The notes under the pieces are model-generated. The model ran no database searches. It had not been told where the DNA came from and was given only the letters and a program-made list of their open reading frames with translations. The translations under genes were made by a program, and so were the position numbers. 64,000 bases of DNA from Vicugna vicugna (Eukaryota): NCBI GenBank assembly GCA_013265495.1, contig MU058844.1:10252184-10316183 (forward strand). The letters are read 5' to 3'. This document shows positions 28,146-42,854 of the stretch, piece after piece. How positions within the stretch are numbered: the first letter of the stretch is position 1; each line of letters begins with the position of its first letter.

Positions 28146-28869
28146 GTATTTTATTAAGAATGTCTTCTAGAAAGTATTTCACAATGTTCATTTTATTCAT
28201 ATAATGGAAATACATGAATTTATATAGCATAACTTTATTCCAGAGAAACAAAAGATAAGGACATCTGTAACAGATGTTAATAATCATAAAGGGAGCACCC
28301 TAAATGTATCTCTAGTGGTGATAAGATTTCTCAAATTCTTTATCCTGGTATGAAAGTTTTTATTTACTATTTTAAAAAAATTTAATCATTCTTTTGGCTC
28401 TTATTTCTTTTTTTGATGTATTTGGTTAACAACTAGTTATGCTTAAGTAAATTGCCCTTGAGAGTAGTAATGATTGAATAGTAGCTGAAAGTATTTTTAA
28501 TTTATGTTTTAATGTAATTTTCTTTTTTTAGCTTGGGACACAAGTAAATTTTTATGTCTTTTAGGTAACCAAATTTCAGTTTGATTTTACTTCTTCTTAC
28601 CTAAGAGAATTGGCTGCATTTCAAGCTAACTTTTGCTGTTTTTCAGTAGCAGTGACAGTTCAAATAGTCTAATCACTTTATTATATCATACCCGATTTAG
28701 TTTCAATATCTGTTAATTTCATTGTTTTAAAACCTTGCAGTTATAGTAGGTGGATTAAGGATGAGTTAAAAATCTTGTTGCATTATGAAATCTTCTTCTA
28801 TCAGAATATAAAGCAAGAAAAGAGAAGCAAAATCATGAAGACTTTTAGAACTGCTTAGTGATAACACTT

Positions 28870-29090
28870 TGGTGCTTTACTCCTGACCTAAGCACTTCAT
28901 GTATATTAATTAAATTAATCCTCACAACAGAATTGCCGATAAGGACTTTCATTACCCCTATCTTACAAATAAAGAAACACTATTAGCATAAATTAAGTGT
29001 CTTGCCCAAGATAATAGAACTAGCAAGTGGCAAATCAGGGATTGAAACACAACGGTCTAGGTTCAGGTCTATATTCTTAACCTGTTATAT
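28870..29090 (-). mobile_element. MIR SINE; ends approximate
   Basis: taatcctcacaaca, cttgcccaagat, ctagcaagtggcaaatcagggattgaa. Confidence 0.65.
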
Positions 29091-30639
29091 TGATATTTAC
29101 ATAAGTTATGCCTTTCTCATGGTTACAAGCCTAGTTAAAGCACTGGAATTAGGAAACAAGTATTGTAACGTACAGTACAATGAGGTTAAAAAAATTTTTA
29201 ATGAACTAATAAGCAGGGTCTGATCAGTGGTATTTTTTTTAAATATTAAGAACAAGAGAAGAATGTTGTTTTTTTTTCTAACTGGATTTTCTTAAACATT
29301 AGAAATTTCCCTTCCCATAATACTTCAATTTTAAACCCGAGTTGTTTTGTTTTTATATATAATTCATATAAAAGCACAACTTGGTGGCAAAAGAGGGTAA
29401 TTGCTTTGTAATTAGATAAAGATAACATGAAATTAGATGAAGTAAGAAGTAGGTATCTTTTTTATTTCAAGTCCAGAGGAAATTCAAAATAATAAAAGAC
29501 AATAAAAGTCAGAATGTTTAAGATAGTAAAGACAAAGGGATTGATAATAAAGAGGTTCATGTTTTAAAAGACAGTAAAAAAAAAGCATAAGAAAATAAAA
29601 TAAATTCATCTGAGAAGTCATTTAGTAGGATATTCTTAATGTATTACAGTGACAGCTTTATAATTTCTTTTATGAATAACAGTAGAAAGCATCTTAAGAT
29701 TGCTGATTATCCTTTGATAGGAAATTTATATATATGTAAAATGCTTTATTATAGAAATGGTGATACTTCGTTAATAAGGATTATGATATGTTTTGTTAAT
29801 TACATATATATTGGGTATATAATTGATTGTTTTTATAGTCTATTTGGAAAATCTTATGTGAGTTTCTTTCAAATGTGGTAATAAGATCTCTAGTTTGAAG
29901 ATGACTTTACCTGTACTTGTGTAATCCTGGGATTTTAAAAATACCTTTCAGTTATGACCTACATTTTTGAGGTTGAGCTTAAATTGAACCAGTTTAGTTA
30001 TGTCTTGAAAAAATGGTAGTTTGCTAAGCAGGCAAGATAAGGCTATAATCCAGGTAGAGGATAATAGCTTGCACACCAGCACAGACACATGTTGTACTTG
30101 ACCTATGTGAAGATCTAGATGGTTAGAACACTGGGTGATGATAGAGGAGGAAGACTAGAGATTAAAAATGCATTGAGACCAAATCATAAAAGGCTTTGTC
30201 TGCTACACTAAAGAGCTTGAGCTTTGTCTAATAGGAGGTGAGTGATCATTGACAAACTTATGTAGAAAAGAGAGATGATCGTATTTTGACACAGAAAAAC
30301 CAGTCCAGCAGTGATGCGGGGAGTGACTCAGGAGGGACTGAGGAGAATGAGTTAAGGGCCAGTCAGAATGTGAGACATAAGACATGAACTAAGATGGTGA
30401 TAAGGCACCATCAAGAAGACAGTCTAGGAGATGGCAACTCAAAATCTTGATTACTAATTGGATGGGTACCGGGGATCACTTCCAGGTTGCTAAGTGAGTA
30501 GTGGTACCTAATATAGAAAATAAAAGATGGGTAGCAAGCAGATTGGCTAGGGAAAATTGAGTTACTGTTTTAGCATTGAGTTTGAGGTGACCATGGTGTA
30601 TTATTTTATTATTATATTACTTCCCTAGTTTTGATCTCT

Positions 30640-31855
30640 TCTCTGTTCTCCAGGCTCAGATATCCAACTGACTACTTGATATCTCCAATTAGATGTCTGT
30701 TAGTGCATCTCAAACTTTACATTTCTGAAACTGAAATTTTAATTATTCCAATTGCTCAGGCTAAAAACCTTTGAGTCATCCTTGGCTTCTGACGTCCAAA
30801 CCAACAGCAGATTCTGTTGGTGTGCCTTGAAGAATCCAGAATTGAGCCTCTCTACTACCTTTACTCCTACTAACCTGGTTCAAGTTACTATCATCTCTTG
30901 CCTGAGTTACTGTAATGACCTCCCAGTTGATACCTCGGTTTCTACTCTTAATTTGTCAGTTTAAGTGATCCTCTTAAGTTGTCAGGTGGTGTCACTCTGC
31001 TCATTGTCCTCACTGCTCTGTAGTCATCCCAGTCTTCTAAACAGAACATTCCAAGCAGGCTTCTACCTCTTACCACAGACAGTCCCTGATTTACAGTGGT
31101 TCAGCTTATGATTTTTCAACTTTATGATGACATGAAAGCAGTATGAAGTCAGTAGAAACCGTACTTCAGATTGTGAATTTTAGTCTTTTTCTGGGCTAAT
31201 GATCTGCAACACAGTACTCTCTAGTGATGCTGGTCGGCAACGTCGAGCAGCAGCTCCTAGTCACATGATTGAGGGGTAAACAACTGAACTGATACACTTA
31301 AACATCTATTCTGTACTCATACAACCATTCTGCTTTTCACTTTCAGTACAGTATTTAATAAATTACATGAAACATTCAGCATGTTATTATACAATAGTCT
31401 ATGTATTAGGTGATTTTGCCCAACTGTAGGCTAATATAAGTATTCTGAGCTTCTTAAATTAGGCTAGGCTACATTATGATGTTGGATAGATTCAGTGTAT
31501 TATATGCAGTTCTGACCTAGGATATTTTTAACTTGCAGTGGATTTGTTGGAATGAAACTCCATTATAAGTCTAGAAAGATCTGTGGTACTTCCCTCTGGA
31601 GTATTCTCCAAGATTATGTGTGGTATGCCTGTCCATTTATTTTTTGCTGTAATGTCACCTTATCAGAGACTTCTTTACCAGCCTATGTAAATTCTTTCTC
31701 ATTACCCTCTGTACCTTTACCCTGCTTTTTTTCCTTCACAGATGTACCATCTTCTGCCATATAATAAGTTCGCTTCTATATGCATAGCTCCTAATAAAGT
31801 ACCTGACATAGAGTAGACACTCAGTACATGTTTAATGAATGAATGAATGAATGAA
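30640..31855 (+). mobile_element. L2 LINE 3' region ending in (AATG)n, interrupted by a Tigger element
   Basis: tatccaactg, attgctcaggctaaaaacctttgagtcatccttg, cctgacatagagtagacactca, aatgaatgaatgaatgaa. Confidence 0.7.
31076..31583 (+). mobile_element. MER47/Tigger5-like DNA transposon
   Basis: cagacagtccctgatttac, gatttttcaactttatgatg, cagtagaaaccgtacttc start; cattataagtctagaaagatctg end, resembling recalled MER47 termini. Confidence 0.7.
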
Positions 31856-32882
31856 AAATTCTGACCAGACAGTTGGATATGTGGATATGAATTACAAGAG
31901 AGATCTTAGCTCAGGAGTTGTACTATGTGTATAATTATTTTTTACTCATTTATGCATTCATCATTTATTTAGTAAACATTTAGTGATCTGTTTTACTTTG
32001 TATCAGGTACTCATCCAGGTGATGGGGATACAAGGTAAAAAAAATGTCTTGATCTTTTTAGTAAACTCATTGTCTTCTGGAGTAAGACAGATTGTAAATG
32101 CATTGTGCTGTGTGCTATTATTAATTAAACAGCCAGCAATTGAAGCTGTAAGATAACAGGAGATCACTCAGGAATTTCAGGATTATTTTTTCTGTCTTAA
32201 TTTTTTTCTCAGGGTGTTGAGCTCCTTGAACGCCCTGTTTCTTTTTGAATTCTCCCCACTCTTACCACCTCAACCTAGCACAGTGCTTAATGCTTTTAAA
32301 TGAATAAACATCTACATAACAATCATAAAACTGATACTGATGGTATGAACAGTGTACTGTGTTGGAAAAGGAAAGAAGCTTTGGTAGAAAAATGATCTGT
32401 TTTAAGTAAGGTCTGTAACATTTTAGATGAAGACGGAACCTCCAAGTTGAAGTGTTCAATAAATATTTGTACCTTCTAGGCTAGAGTTCAGAGAACTGGT
32501 GAACGCAATGGATAGAAATTTGAGACTTAATTACATATGATTGTTTTTTTAAAAAAAAAAACAAACTCTTTTTTTAGACCAAAGGATAATATACCTTGGG
32601 AAATATTCAAAATTTTAAAAACAAAAAGAATAAGAAAAAAGGTAAAAAGAAAGCCAAAATAATATTTATTGTGGGACAAAAATTAAGTAGTCAGAGAATG
32701 CTAGTAAAATACCTACAGTATTCCCACATTTCTTTAAGCAGCTTGTTCCAGGCAGCTGATTTTTCAAAAATAAAATTTTGCTTTTAACTTTCATTTAAAC
32801 TTGAAATGTTTGGGGTAGTTTTATTTCCAAACAAAAACACTTTCTATAAAAAAAATAAAAACAATTATTTTTATTTTATCAG

Positions 32883-33042
32883 GGGTCGATATAGAAGCAG
32901 CTCGAAAGGAAGAAGAACGGATAATGCTTAGAGATGCAAGACAGTGGCTAAACAGTGGTCATATAAATGATGTCCGGCATGCGAAATCTGGAGGTACAGC
33001 ACTCCACGTTGCAGCTGCTAAAGGCTATACAGAAGTTTTAAA
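32883..33042 (+). CDS. PPP1R12A: MYPT1 coding exon 4 (160 nt)
   Basis: tatcag acceptor, AA|gtaagt donor; GVDIEAARKEEERIMLRDARQWLNSGHINDVRHAKSGGTALHVAAAKGYTEVLK. Confidence 0.97.
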
Positions 33043-35614
33043 GTAAGTATGGTTTCTCACAGTAACTTTTCTGCTTTGATTTCTTCATTTCATTGCTCCT
33101 TTCCTTAAGATACCTGCAAACATTTTGAAATAGCTTATGAAAGTTAATTCATGTCTTTACCAGGAGAAAGAGAGGACTATCTTGAATATTATTGCTTTGT
33201 TTCTAAAGTTCTTTCTTTCACTCTGAAGTTTTGATTGTTCTACTGTTATTGTCTTCCATTGCAATTTTCCAATACATTAAATTTAAGTGTCAGACAACTA
33301 TTTTATGTTACCTTCTGGCCTAGTAAATAGTCATTTTGAGGTTCCCACATGGGTTAGCTCTGGTTACTGAAACTGAGAACAATGGTTGTATTTAAACATA
33401 TCAAATTCTGAGAACTTGATTCCTACTGACTATTTATTTAATGTAGTTTATCTAAAATTTTTTTAGGTTTTCAGTACATGGACACTGGAATTCATAGTGC
33501 TGTTGGCATAATATTAAATATCAAAGCACAAGTACCTTAGACTACTATATAGGGCTATATACTGATCGGCAAATGTCCTTGGAACAAGTTGGCTCCCTTG
33601 TGTCACATAAATTTCTGTTTTGGTTTTTACTTATGAAATGCAATGCAAAAGTGTTGGCAACTATATGAAAACATGATTCAGTGCATAACTTTTGTTACAT
33701 GTGTGTGAATGCAGGTAAGACTGGCCCTCAGCAAAATCTCCTGCACCCTTTATGTTGCTTTTGTTCCACTTGGCCTTCTAATGTCAGTCTATTCTTACTC
33801 TCTCTCCTCAGCAAAAAACAGTGAATAAGCTTAAGTGTGTCAGTTATTCCAAGTTTCGTCCTCTTTCAAACCCTACTCACTTTAATAACTTAAGCCTTCT
33901 CCTAGAATAGTACAGTTAGCTTTTAATTAGTTTCCTTGTCCCCCATCTGCTTCTCTCTAATTAAAAACTTTTCAAACTTTGAATCCATTAGTGGGTCATG
34001 AATGAACTGAGTTGCCAACAGCATTTTTTTAAAAAAAGAATTGAAAATATCAAGGAATATTGCATATGGTAAAGGTAAATATTGTTTCTTAAAACTCTTG
34101 TTTTTATAAACATTTATTAAGAGTATTGGATTGCACTATAAAATAAATTTATAGGCTGCTTCAAAGTAGTCTTTGTAATTCAGTTGTCCAGGCTCTTAAA
34201 ATCCTTTATTAAGATTCTCAGTGGGAATTGGGATTAAATTTTAAACTCCTCATTTTAGCACTTAAGACCATTAGTCATCTGGCCACTGGTTCTTCTTTCA
34301 AGCTAAGCTGCTACCATTACTTTTCAGGTATGAATGATCCCAGCTTTGTATAACTACTTGAATTTCTGTCAGATGCCTTTATGCTGCCTCCTGTTCCTGT
34401 CTAGATACTTTCATTCACCGTCTCTTCAACTTGGAGACTTCTTTCGATCCTTTGACTTGGTTCAAGGCTTTTAAGGCTATGGGGAAAAAATGCTCAATCT
34501 CATTCATAACAAGTGCACATAAAGCTAAAATGAATTACCACTTTCCATTTATCATATTGGCAAAGATCAAAATGTTTGCACACTATTGACAACAAGGTTA
34601 GGAAAGGCACTCTCTTACTTTACTGGTGAAAGTGTAATTGACTGTTAAGCAAATTTTATCAAAGAAACAGTTTTTGGCTTAGCAGCACTACCTCTAGGAA
34701 TTTTTTTTTTTACAGATAGTCTCAGTCACGTAGGAAATAAGGTATGTGCTAGCAGCATTGTTTATAATAGGAGTAGGAAATGGTTGAATAAATTATGATA
34801 CATCCTTTCACTGGAATACTCTAGCAATTGAAACACTACATATAGATATGGAAAGAGCACTAGATGTATTATTAAGTATCAAACAAATGAAGGACAGAAG
34901 TATGCCTCATTTGTGCTAATTTTTTAAAAATTTAAATTGTATTTGCTTATATATACATAAAATCTCTCTGTAAGGATCTAACCAGAAGTAACTATGGGGA
35001 GGAGAAAGTGGTTGGCTTAAGTCAGCAGTGGGAGTGACTTCCTTATATAACCACTTATTCTTTTTTATTTTTGAAACTTGAGAATATATTACTTAGGAAA
35101 GAAAACATGAAATCACAATAAATAGAAGAGATCTGTTTCAAATATAACTTTCTCCCCACTTACACCCTCCCCCCCAGATACACACGACCCTTTTCAGTTG
35201 ATTTTTATGGTTTTCAGCAGTAGTCCCATTGCATCGTCATCACAGAACCTCTCTGAGGGTTGGTTGTTTCACTTGACTTCTGTCCTCTGTTAGAAGTTTT
35301 CTTGAATATAATAAGTACTGTCTTATTTTTTTGGGTATCCTTGCATGGCCTGGCATATAGAGAGCCTTAGATTTGTGGGGAGGGTGGAATTACGTCTACC
35401 TTTCTCCCTGTATAGACCCCCAAGTACTTACAATTTTATATCACTTAAGATATTTAACATTATTATAGTTCATATTCCTAATGAGGGTATGTTTTTATTA
35501 CCTTATGATCCAGTATTATTTCTGTCTCCATTAATAAAGTACCTTGTAATGTATATGTTATTGGCCATTTTTTTTTTTTTAACTTAAATCTCTGGACTTC
35601 AGCCTGTTCTTTTG

Positions 35615-35820
35615 ATTGGTGGCTCTTGAACATTGGTCTGCAGGCAGGTGATAGGCAGTGATATGAGATCACATGGGGGATTTATTAAAAATACAAATTG
35701 ATAGGACGCATTTCCCAGTATGCTGATTAATTCAGTGGGACTGAGGTGGAGATGAGGATTTTTTTTTTTTAGCAAGTTCTTCAAATGGTTCCACTTGGAG
35801 GTTGAATTAGAAGCATCTCC
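35615..35820. mobile_element. MER5-like hAT MITE, degraded; ends approximate
   Basis: atcacatggggga, ttaaaaataca, tgattaattcagtgggactg, tttttagcaagttc. Confidence 0.45.
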
Positions 35821-36815
35821 TTTAGATATTGTTAGGAAATAGGGGATCAATTCTTGAAACATAAATAAGTGGTTATTTATTAGCTACCACTACACCTCCT
35901 ATAGGTAAAAAGAAGCCCTTCTCAAGGTCGACATCTTGGAAAGTAAGGTAAAGGTCAACCAGATTTGAGTTACAAAGTATTTAGTGTTCACCTTTGTGTG
36001 TGGGGCTGTGCTATATACAATTTATAGACTCTTTCTTTGCTCTCTGAGCTTAATTTGTAAATAAAATAAAGGTCAATGTCAGTATACAGTTAGAAGGGAA
36101 TACTAACATTTATGCAATTCTTTGCATTGTATTAAAATGTATTCCTGTTTTCTGGCTTTATTGATGATTAGAATATTTGCTTTCTATTGCTGCAAAAAAA
36201 GTAAATCTGACTCTTTGGAATATTTGTTTTGCTTTGTTTTGTTCCTAATAGTCAGATTGTCATTTTCCTATGAACATTTCCCATGGTATATCATAAAGGT
36301 TCATGAAGGCATTCAGAAACAGTTCCTTAACTACAAGGCAACGAAAATACTACAAATAAGTTTGTTTGATCCCAGTGTATTTTTAGAAAACATTCAGCCT
36401 GAGATGGTATATCATATGGACTCCTGAAGACATTCCCTACAATTAAAAAAAAATCAGCTTAGCATACAAATTGATCCAATAGTTTTGAAAAATTACAGTC
36501 TTGTGAAATTTTCAGTCAGAAGCATATTAACAAGATTTAAGCAATGTCATGCCAAACTGTAAGGCTCAGTCATTAGGAATTACTTAAAACTGAATGCATT
36601 ATTATGGAAGTAACTCAAGATCCTCTATGCTAGTGTTTTCTGAGAATTATTATTATTTTTTTTGCCCTAGTTAATCCATTGAGGGGAGGAGGAATTTTGA
36701 ACTATGAAAATAAATATATTGTTAATTTTTGTTAACTCGCATGGTGTAAAGCTGTTAATTATATTCACTCACCTCTAGATTTTAATAATTATCTAATTCA
36801 CTATAATTTCTTTAG

Positions 36816-36960
36816 ACTTTTAATACAGGCAGGATATGATGTTAATATTAAAGATTATGATGGCTGGACACCTCTTCATGCTGCAGCTCATTGGGGTAAA
36901 GAAGAAGCATGTCGGATTTTAGTGGACAATCTGTGTGATATGGAGATGGTCAACAAAGTG
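36816..36960 (+). CDS. PPP1R12A: MYPT1 coding exon 5 (145 nt), ankyrin repeats
   Basis: ctttag acceptor, GTG|gtaggc donor; LLIQAGYDVNIKDYDGWTPLHAAAHWGKEEACRILVDNLCDMEMVNKV. Confidence 0.97.
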
Positions 36961-39235
36961 GTAGGCCTTTTAAATGTATTTTTATTTTAGAAATGTAGTT
37001 TTAATCTAAAAAATGTTATAAGAATATAAATTACATGATTGTATTCAGTTTTGTTAACTGTACAAAACAACATTTTGTCAATCATTTATTCATTTTTATA
37101 AGTAAGACTTTTTCAGCTACTTATGAGGTGATTTGGCCCTGTTCTGCAAAGAAAAGAAGCATTACCCCTTCAGTAATCATATTACCATACATGTAGAGTA
37201 GATTTGGGTGTTTCCATTGATACTATATTCTTAGAAAGTCATAAATTAAGAAAATTTTGCATTTCTATGTGAATGTTTTCTCTCATCATATTTATTATGA
37301 GTTGGCACACATATAGAAGACTGTTTCTCTTTCTCTTTAGCTGATAGTCTTATTAGCTTGCTTATAGTAGTTTTTTAAGTGACCTGGATAGTGGGAGGTC
37401 TTACAACAGGTGAGGATAGTAAAAACCATCAAGTTTTATGCCAGATAGGATCATTGAGATTCAGCATCTAGACTCATAGTTTTGCAGATGAGAAAACAGT
37501 TTAGAGAGGTAACTTACTTAATATCACCCAGTTGGGTAGAGGGAAGGAGGGAGTGAATATCATTTAAGTGTTTTTTGCAAAATTATGAACAGATTCAGGT
37601 TATCACATTTTTTATTAGATTTTTCTTCTCTGCTCCCTTTCATGTACCATTGGTTAGTTACCAGTGTCACCAATATTCCTTAGTTCCCTCTCACTCCATG
37701 ATGGTAGATGATCAGAATCACCTACCAACAGTCTCAGAGCTCAAAACATGTCTCCTCTAGTGAGCTTAATTACCTTTAACTCCTACAAATAGCCCTTATA
37801 TATTGCATTTCATAGTATAATATAGTAGATTACTTAGCAAAGGTTCCTAAAATGTTCTCATCTTTATTCAGATGAGGCCATCTAATTCCCTTATACTCAT
37901 TAATGTGGGTACTGGTGCTGGCTACTCTGGTAACTGCAGTTTCTAATTGGGAATCTCCAAAGGGAAGAGAGCAATTATGATTTACCATATGCCCAAGGTT
38001 TGCTCAAGGGTAAGTGGCTGGAGTTTGAGGGTAGTGGTATAAATTCATATCCTGGTTGCTGACATAAAGAGATAAAGAAGCCCTCTGAATTACTTTCCTC
38101 TTTCTGGATATTTCATGTATGTATTTATTAATGTATTTTATATAAGAAATGTACAGGCAAGAAAAATCATAGGAAGTCAAGATGAAATATTTGAGAATGG
38201 TCCATCCGTAAGTATAGGTTTGCTCTTATTTTAACAGTATTCTGTTTTTAATCAGCATTAAAAGACAAATAAGTATACTATTTAAGTTTATGTAAAAACC
38301 CAGCTAATTTTAGCTTAATTCATCATCCCTCTCTTTCCATGTAGAAATTCTCTTAGCAGTTGGGATTTTTCTGAAGAAATTAGTGGATACCTGTTACTTT
38401 CTGGTCTCTGTTCTACATTCCTGTCTCTCTCCCGAATAGTGCCCCTTAAAAACCACTTGTCCATTGACGTGGGCAGAGTTGATTGGTTTATTCAGTGATA
38501 GTGGTCTCCAGATAAGGAGAAGAGAGAAGCTTATTAATTGAAATGGTTTTCCATAGAGATTATGTTACTTCCTAATTTAAGCATGTTACATTATGCTAGT
38601 GAAATGTACAAAATATATAGTATGTATAAGAAATTTATTTTCCATCTATTCTATTATTGTCTGATTCCTATGCCATACAATTTATCATAGTTTTGCTCTA
38701 AGAGAAAGACTGCTTATACATTCCTTTTGCTTTATCTCCTTTAGTTCTTGTATTACTATAGTAGTAGTTCCTTGTATTGCCCTAAATTTTGGTATCTTAC
38801 CCCCTCATTTCAGTATTTCAGTGAGTGTTTATAATTGTGCCTCATGTTAAAGTTTTCAACTTTTAACAACCGTATGCAGTTGTTAGCTGAGTTTTGCAGA
38901 TTTGAGAATATGATCAGAAAAATAAAGTTGTTTTCCTAAAGCCCTAATAATTATTTCTTTTTATTCTGTAAATTCCACTGAAACCTTTTCTTTGTTTTTT
39001 AATTTCTTATGTGTTTTATTTTTTCAGATATTAACTCACAAGTTGTAAAAATATTACTTTTAAATTTTTATCAAAATATTGTTTTTGTTTTAAAAATATC
39101 AAGATATTAAGGATATCTTTTAATACTGAGGAGCTACATATGTGTATAGCATTCTTAAAGGCCGTTGTGTCATAAATAAACCCAAATACAAGGAGATTTT
39201 TTGTTTGTTGGTTTGGTTTGAGGTTTTTTTTTGGT

Positions 39236-39236
<1 letters not shown>

Positions 39237-39278
<42 letters not shown>
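39237..39278. repeat. T42 homopolymer within a GT/T-rich tract
   Basis: 42 consecutive T. Confidence 0.95.
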
Positions 39279-39281
<3 letters not shown>

Positions 39282-41989
39282 TTTGTTTTTTCTTGAGAAC
39301 TGTATTCTATAGTAATGGAAGCTATTTTTATAAGACTTTTTCCTTAATTTAAAAAATCTTAAATTTATGATTTTGCCTATGTGAGCTAGGCAATTTCAGT
39401 TTTCATTGGCAACATTTTAAAATTATATGGCATGCTTCATGTTCAATCAAAGCAAATTAGTCTTACTTGTTTAAGCCTGCCTGTATGAATTTATCTTGTG
39501 TCATTTGATACCTTCTTCAGAACTTACACATTGAAAATTTTTCTAAATTTTTTTAAATAAAAAGAAATATACTTAAGGCACCTCAGAAAGTTTACATGAA
39601 TTCTTTACTAATAGAAAATGTAAGTTGGGGAAATGTATAATATACAAAATAAAACCAATCATACTAGGGAATACTTGAAAGTCTACATGAGTGGGGAAAA
39701 TGTTCTAAAAGTAAATATTCAGAGAATTTGGTTTCATTTCTTTAACTTAATTGCAGACTAAAAATACATTTGCTATGATTTAATTCATTCTTATAAATTA
39801 TGTGATACAAATTTTATATATTAGAATATTGTTTTGCTTCCCTAATTTATTAAAAGAATTGTTTTACTGGAATGTACCCAAATATTGTCTCTTTTAAAAT
39901 ATGAATTAAAGTATTTCTCTAGTTGGAATTTCTCTTAACGCAGGTATCAAGCAAACTTTTTAGCTTGATAATTGTCATCATAAAGATTTAAATTAATAAC
40001 AGAACTGCTTCTGCTATTGATGGACACAAAGGTTTTTTCCCCCTGATTCTGAGCTTATTCTTATTTTCTATAAAGACATTGAACATTGGAGACCTAGATT
40101 CTACTCCCACTTTCCCTTCATTACTTGCATGACCTTAGGCAAAGATCATATACCCAAAGCCTGGGTTTCTTCTTATGTATTGTGTGAATCATAGTAATGT
40201 TTGTGCTGACTACTTGACTGGCTGTTGTGAAGGTGACGAGAGATCATACCTGCAAAAACAATTCAGTTAGAATAAGTGAGGAAAAAAGAATGAAGAGACT
40301 ATGAGGTTAGTTGTAAACAGGGGCTCTAGTGTGGCTCTGGTAATTTATAGATATATTGAACTGATTTTTTTTTAAGCAGCAATTTTTTAGAAGATAGTTT
40401 TCTTGTTGATAGAGTTCTTAATTTTGCATACCTCCTTGAGCATTGTGTCCTCCTCAGTTGTTTCCTGTTTGCTTTATGTGACTCTGCTTATGTGCCCTAC
40501 TGTGTTTGTACCACATTTAGTGAAGCATAGTTGCCCTATAGTAGTTAAGGATCAGGTAATGTTTATGACTTTACAGTTGGTTGACTTCATAACTGTTGTA
40601 CAGATTATGTAAAGAATATGGTTAAGTTACTGAGTTCACTTGATAGATATGCTTCTTTGAATTAGAAACTTTTCTCTGTTTATAACCTACATCTTACTCT
40701 AGTTTTTATTCTCTGTCAGCCGCTATTTACAAAATAGACTCATTTATCAGGGGAGAAAGTGAAAAGGAAGGTTGGTAAGGTGGTCCAATTTCTTATCCTT
40801 ATAAAGAAAAATTTCTTGGTTACTAAAAATAACCACTGCATTTAACTGCTGCTAAAATTTAATTAATGTCAACAAAATTTTCAAGGTACAAAATTTCATT
40901 GATGAGAAGGATTGACTAATGCTTAAAATAATGCTTAGAAAGAAGCCAGTGAGTTACTTCCACGTGATCTTGAACACAGTTTTCTTAACAAGTATAGCAT
41001 GTGTAGCATTATAGAGTAAATTATACAAAAAGGCTATGATATAACAAGGATTAACATATATTGCTAATCTAAAGGGCACCTTCACATTTTGAGCCAGTTA
41101 TTTTGTTTCAGAGCTATTTGTTCCTAGTTCTTAGCATTTAATACTCAAGATGGAAATGGGAAAAAAGGTTTCTTAAAGCTAAAACTTTTTCTCTTGGACT
41201 GAGTAGGAAAGGCTAAGATTGCCTTTTAAATTCCTACTGGGAAGACTTTCTAACAAGAAAAAGCAGGTATAAAAGTGGTTTTGGATCTTACAAATTTTAA
41301 ATACACACATTCTCCTATCTTGATAAAGTGACTTTTTATGTACTTTTGAGATATGTTTCACAGATCATAGCTTTTACTTCATAAACAGACAATGGAAAAA
41401 CTAGCTCAGATTTGAGTAGCTTATATTTCATTTTATAGTGTTGGGAAGTGTAACTACTTTCCAAGTAAATGTCAACATCCTGATGTTGGTATAGAATGGA
41501 GGTTTCTAGTTTTGTTTGGTTTTAAATGGAAGGATTTGTGTGATTTTGGAAGTCATTATCTACCCATCTGACTTTGTTGTGGAAATTGGACTTCAGTTAT
41601 GAAAGAAATTTGAATTTCCTCTCAGAATGATATGTTTTCTAGTTGGAAGAAAGCTTAAATTTTTCTGAAAAGGGTCACATACTGGCAAACATATAAGGTA
41701 GAATATATTTTAAATAATGAACCTTTTGGCATTCTGGAAACTTGTACCAGTAAGGTTATTATAAGGACTATGCAGGCAGCAGGAAAAAATACTATGTTTG
41801 GTCAGCAGCTCTCTGAAATTTTGTTTTCCACAATGAATAAAAATAGGTTGACATGTTCATCTGGACTAATTTTTGAAACTAAGTCATACCTGTGGGTGAC
41901 TGAACATGAAACAGTTTAGAAATACATATTTTTATTACTCTATAAGAATTTAATTAATTTTATGGGGATAAAAAAGAAATAAGGCCTCA

Positions 41990-42585
41990 AAAGGTTAAAC
42001 TTGGAGTTGCCACATGACCTAGTAATTCAACTCAGCTATATACCCAGGAAAATTAAAATAGATGTTCACACAAAAACTTGTACACAAGTGTTCATAGCAG
42101 TATTATTGATTATATGCCAAAAAAAGCAGAAAACAAGAGCAAATGTCCATCAGCTGATGAATAGATAAGCAAAATGTGGTATATTGTGTAACGGAATATT
42201 ATTCAGTAATGAAAAAGAACAAAGTTGTAATACATGCTACATGAATGAACCTTGAAAAAAAATATACAGTGAAAGAAGCCAGTCACAAAGGACCATGTAT
42301 TGTATGATTCCATTTACATGAAATGTCACGAGTAGGAAAATGTGTAGTATCAGGAAGTAGGCTAGTGATCACTTCAGACAGGGGGAGTGGGAGGGATAGC
42401 GCAAGTGGAGAGGGGACTGATAATAATGAGTATGTCATTTCTTTTGGGGGTGATGAAAATGTTCTAAAATTGATTGTTTTAATGATTGTAAATCTCTGAA
42501 ACATACTAAAAATCGTTGAATTGTATACTTTAAATGGGTGACTTCTGTGTGAATTATATCTCAGTAAAGGTGTTACCAAAAAAAG
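41990..42585 (+). mobile_element. L1MB-like 3' end; ends approximate
   Basis: cacacaaaaacttgtacacaagtgttcatagcag, gaaagaagccagtcacaaaggacca, gggtgatgaaaatgttctaaaatt, gtgaattatatctcagtaaag. Confidence 0.85.
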
Positions 42586-42779
42586 AGTAAGGGGAAATGT
42601 ATCAGCTGCTCCTCTCTCATATGAATTTCTCATATATCTCCTTCAAATCATATGTACCATGTTTTATACCTACTATGAAAATGTTATCTAACTTCTTTTG
42701 GCCAGAATCATCAAAGGAATTTTATGATTTATTGATTTTTTTTTCTTTATCATCACCAACTCCTTTGTTTCCTATTTAG

Positions 42780-42854
42780 GGCCAGACAGCCTTTGATGTA
42801 GCAGATGAAGATATTTTAGGATATTTAGAAGAGTTGCAAAAGAAACAAAATCTG
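42780..42854 (+). CDS. PPP1R12A: MYPT1 coding exon 6 (75 nt)
   Basis: atttag acceptor, CTG|gtatgt donor; GQTAFDVADEDILGYLEELQKKQNL. Confidence 0.96.

Noticed and set aside
33460..33720. Strong donor-like CAG|GTAAGA at about 33712 in intron 4 with an upstream ttttag
   Set aside because: No recognisable coding similarity or other support; isolated splice-like motifs are frequent in introns
42283..42633. 116-aa minus-strand ORF
   Set aside because: Lies antisense within an L1 3' UTR; no protein-like signature
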